This document shows positions 61,438-64,000 of a DNA stretch of 64,000 nucleotides, one piece after another. The stretch comes from Mycobacteriales bacterium (GTDB lineage Bacteria > Actinomycetota > Actinomycetes > Mycobacteriales > SCTD01). Within the stretch, counting starts at the first letter, position 1. Each line of letters begins with the position of its first letter. The notes beneath the pieces were generated by a model. It searched no databases. It was given only the letters and a program-made list of their open reading frames with translations, and was not told the origin of the DNA. The stretch lies in assembly GCA_030447385.1 (NCBI GenBank), contig JAUJOY010000006.1, forward strand, positions 77,405 through 141,404, read 5' to 3'. A program made the position numbers and the translations under genes.

Positions 61438-62106
61438 ATGGCCTGGACGGACGCCCACGGCAAGACGCTCGCGGACTACCCCCGTCCCTCACTGGCCGTT
61501 GACGTGGCGCTCCTGACGGTCCGTTTCGACGAGGAGCGAGACGCCCAGCTGTGCGTGCTGCTCCTGCCGCACGAGGACGGCAGGTGGTCCCTTCCGGGCT
61601 CCTTCGTGCGCGCGGGGGAGCGGCTCGTCGAGGCCGTACGCCGCACCGTCTCCGGCAAGCTGGGGCTCGAGACGCGCGACCCCAGGCAGCTCGCGGTATT
61701 CGACGACCCGGCCCGCGACACCCGTGGACATGTGGTGTCCGTAGCGCACGTGGACCTGCTGGCGGAGTCCCGGCTGCGGGGGGAGGGCGGCTGGCTGCTC
61801 GCCCCGGTCGAACGCGGCCGCGCCCGGGCGCCGGGGCGCCGGCGGCTGCTGTACGACCACGATGCGATCGTGGCCGCAGCGGCGTCCTGGGCGCAGGAGC
61901 GCTACCGGCGCCGGCCGGACCCCTCACATCTGCTGCCCGAGCCGTTCACGTTGCGTGAGCTCCGGCTGCTGCACGAGGCAGTGCTGGGGGAGCGGCTGCA
62001 GAAGGACAGCTTCCGGCGCGCCATGAGCGACTCGCTCGTCGAGGTGCCGGAACGCAGCTCGGGCGGACCGGGTCGCCCGGCGGCGAAGTTCCAGCTGCCG
62101 CGCTGA
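61438..62106 (+). CDS. nrtR: NrtR-like Nudix-wHTH transcriptional regulator
   Basis: DYPRPSLAVDV, LPGSFV, DDPARDTRGHVVS, DH, FTLREL...FRR, GRPA. Confidence 0.87.
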   Translation: MAWTDAHGKTLADYPRPSLAVDVALLTVRFDEERDAQLCVLLLPHEDGRWSLPGSFVRAGERLVEAVRRTVSGKLGLETRDPRQLAVFDDPARDTRGHVVSVAHVDLLAESRLRGEGGWLLAPVERGRARAPGRRRLLYDHDAIVAAAASWAQERYRRRPDPSHLLPEPFTLRELRLLHEAVLGERLQKDSFRRAMSDSLVEVPERSSGGPGRPAAKFQLPR

Positions 62107-62155
62107 CCGGCCCGCATGTCGCTCGCAGTCGCGCCTGGCGGGTCGCCACGGCCGG

Positions 62156-63241
62156 TCAGACCGGCGCCGTCGTCAGCTCGTAGAAGCGCCAGAACCCGAA
62201 CGCGGAGATGGGCAGGACGTTCATCCCGGTGAAGCCGGCGTCGAGCGCGTACTGCCTCAGCGTCGCCGGTCTCATCACCGTGCCCGTGCCGGCGCTCGGC
62301 GGGTGGGAGAGCCCGTCGGGAAGGCAGATGAGCAGACTGAAGCCGTACATCAGCCGTTCCAGCTCATCACCGGGAGCCGAGAAGGACTCGGCGACCGCTT
62401 CGTCCATCACGATCATCGTCCGGCCCGGCGCGAGCGCCCGTCGGGCCGCGGCCAGCACGTCCACGGGCCGGGGCATGTCGTGGACGCACTCGAACGCGAA
62501 GATCGCGTCGTAGGAGTCAGCCGCCAGCTCCTCCGCGTCTGCGCAGCGGAAGGTGAGCCGGTCGGTCATCCCGGAAGCAGCTGCGTTGCCGAGGGCGAGC
62601 CCGATCGAAGGGGCATCGATGTCCACCCCCTCGACCACCGCTGCGGGGTAGGTGCGGGCCAGGGCGAGGCTGGACCAGCCGGCACCGCATCCCACGTCGG
62701 CGATCCGGGCGCCCGGCCGGCTCAGGACGACGTCGAGGGACGCGACGCCCTTCAACGCCTCCGGCAGCGCCTTCTCGTACCACGGCCGGTTCATGTCGGC
62801 CTGTGACTCGCGTGCGTCGGCGCCGAACTGCGACCAGCTGACCCCGCCCCCGGACCTGTACGCCTCGAGCAGGGCGGGCAGCTGCCCAGCCGCCGCGGCC
62901 AGCATCCGCGCCAGCGGGGCCATGTAGGACAGGCTCGACCTGTCGGTCAGGACCTCCTCCGCCCCTGGCGGGAGGGAGAAGCGCCTGTCCTCGTCCACGG
63001 CCAGCACTGCATTGACAGCCTGCTGCTCCAGCCACTCCCTGGCGTAGCGGGGATGGGTTCCGGTGCGACGAGCCAGCTCCTCAGCCGTCGCCGGCCCGTC
63101 GGCAGACAGGCTGCGGTACCAGCCGAGCCGGTCTCCCAGGTAGATCGCCAGCATGTCGGTCATCCCCAGCGCTGCACTCAGCACGCGCTCACCGAAGGCG
63201 TCCGTGTCCCGCCGGTCCGGCACCTGTGGTGGTGATGTCAT
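62156..63241 (-). CDS. wHTH-class I SAM methyltransferase (Rv2258c-like)
   Basis: LGDRLGWY, RYAREWL, IADVGCGAGW, FECVHDM, GTGTVM. Confidence 0.88.
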   Translation of the reverse strand: MTSPPQVPDRRDTDAFGERVLSAALGMTDMLAIYLGDRLGWYRSLSADGPATAEELARRTGTHPRYAREWLEQQAVNAVLAVDEDRRFSLPPGAEEVLTDRSSLSYMAPLARMLAAAAGQLPALLEAYRSGGGVSWSQFGADARESQADMNRPWYEKALPEALKGVASLDVVLSRPGARIADVGCGAGWSSLALARTYPAAVVEGVDIDAPSIGLALGNAAASGMTDRLTFRCADAEELAADSYDAIFAFECVHDMPRPVDVLAAARRALAPGRTMIVMDEAVAESFSAPGDELERLMYGFSLLICLPDGLSHPPSAGTGTVMRPATLRQYALDAGFTGMNVLPISAFGFWRFYELTTAPV

Positions 63242-63523
63242 GGGCCGCCCCCGTCCCGCAGGTTGAACCACAACTGTGCTCGTCCCCCAGCGACGTCGCA
63301 AGGGGCTGCTGCAGTCCCCAGTGCCGCGGAACCGCCCTGCCGCGCTGTCGTCGGGGACTTCACCCGGCCGGAGCGCATCGATCTCGGCGCCTTCGTGCAA
63401 GCCGTCGGACTGCTGCGGCTCCGCGCCGACGGCAACACCTACGAGCCGTTCCTCGCCGATGACGTACGCGTGCTGGCGACCGGGGGATCGACGGCTGCAC
63501 TACGCGCTGAACGGATCAGTGCC

Positions 63524-64000
63524 TCAGGCTGGGACGGCGAAGACGATGACGTTGCTCAGGTAGCTCTTCGCCGAGGGGTCGAACTCCCCGCCGCAGGTGA
63601 TCAGGCGCAGGCTCGTCGTGCCGTCCCCCCGGTAGACCGCGTCAGTGGGGAAGTTCCGCTTCGCGAAGGTCTCCACCCGCTCCACGACGAAGGCAGCGAC
63701 CGACCCATCCGCGCGAAGGACGTCCACCGCGTCCCCGGGGACGAGGCTGCCGACGCGGGCGAAGATCCCTGGGCCGCGAAAGCTGTCGACATGGCCGACG
63801 ATGACGGCTGGGCCGTCGTCCCCGGGCGCCGGTCCCTGGCTGTACCAGCCGGCCCGCTTCGCATCCTCGGGCACCTGCAGCGAGCCGTCGCGGTTCTTGC
63901 GCAGTCCGCTGAGCCGCGTGTCGATGTCGAGCGTCGGGATCCGCAGGCTCACCGGCGGGGCGACCTCCGGCAGCACGGCGGCCACCGGGATGCGCGGGCC
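63524..64000 (-). CDS. Class F sortase, 5' end beyond window
   Basis: GWYSQGPAPG..GPAVIVGHVDS, LRLITCGG. Confidence 0.92.
   Translation of the reverse strand, partial: GPRIPVAAVLPEVAPPVSLRIPTLDIDTRLSGLRKNRDGSLQVPEDAKRAGWYSQGPAPGDDGPAVIVGHVDSFRGPGIFARVGSLVPGDAVDVLRADGSVAAFVVERVETFAKRNFPTDAVYRGDGTTSLRLITCGGEFDPSAKSYLSNVIVFAVPA

Overview
High-GC actinobacterial (Actinomycetota) chromosomal window. The centre is a conserved backbone: rsgA-aroA-SRAP ... sigH/sigR-rshA/rsrA, ribosomal bL37, pdtaS, whiB1, DAG-kinase-like, SigF/B-type sigma plus anti-sigma, sodN/sodX, malic enzyme, and kgd. Accessory material sits around and within it. (1) Left end: a minus-strand run of ArsR, acyl-CoA ligase, aldehyde dehydrogenase, a metallophosphoesterase-radical SAM fusion, and PhnD/PhnE-like ABC transporter genes, interrupted by a decayed DUF222-HNH element with a LexA-like box. 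(2) A bioB locus whose auxiliary BsaP-like domain is fused to a GNAT. (3) Several sortase-anchored surface proteins (LPFTG, LPYTG, LAATG), a processive GT2 behind a perfect CRP box, and a class F sortase. (4) Right end: a defence-like island with two HNH nucleases, a MazG-like pyrophosphatase, a decayed NERD-helicase, and an NrtR-like / ARPP-1 (DUF6569) / ADP-ribosylglycohydrolase-phosphatase module with an 11-bp palindromic operator. I saw no rRNA, tRNA or CRISPR array. All product calls come from motif recognition by eye; no database searches were run.
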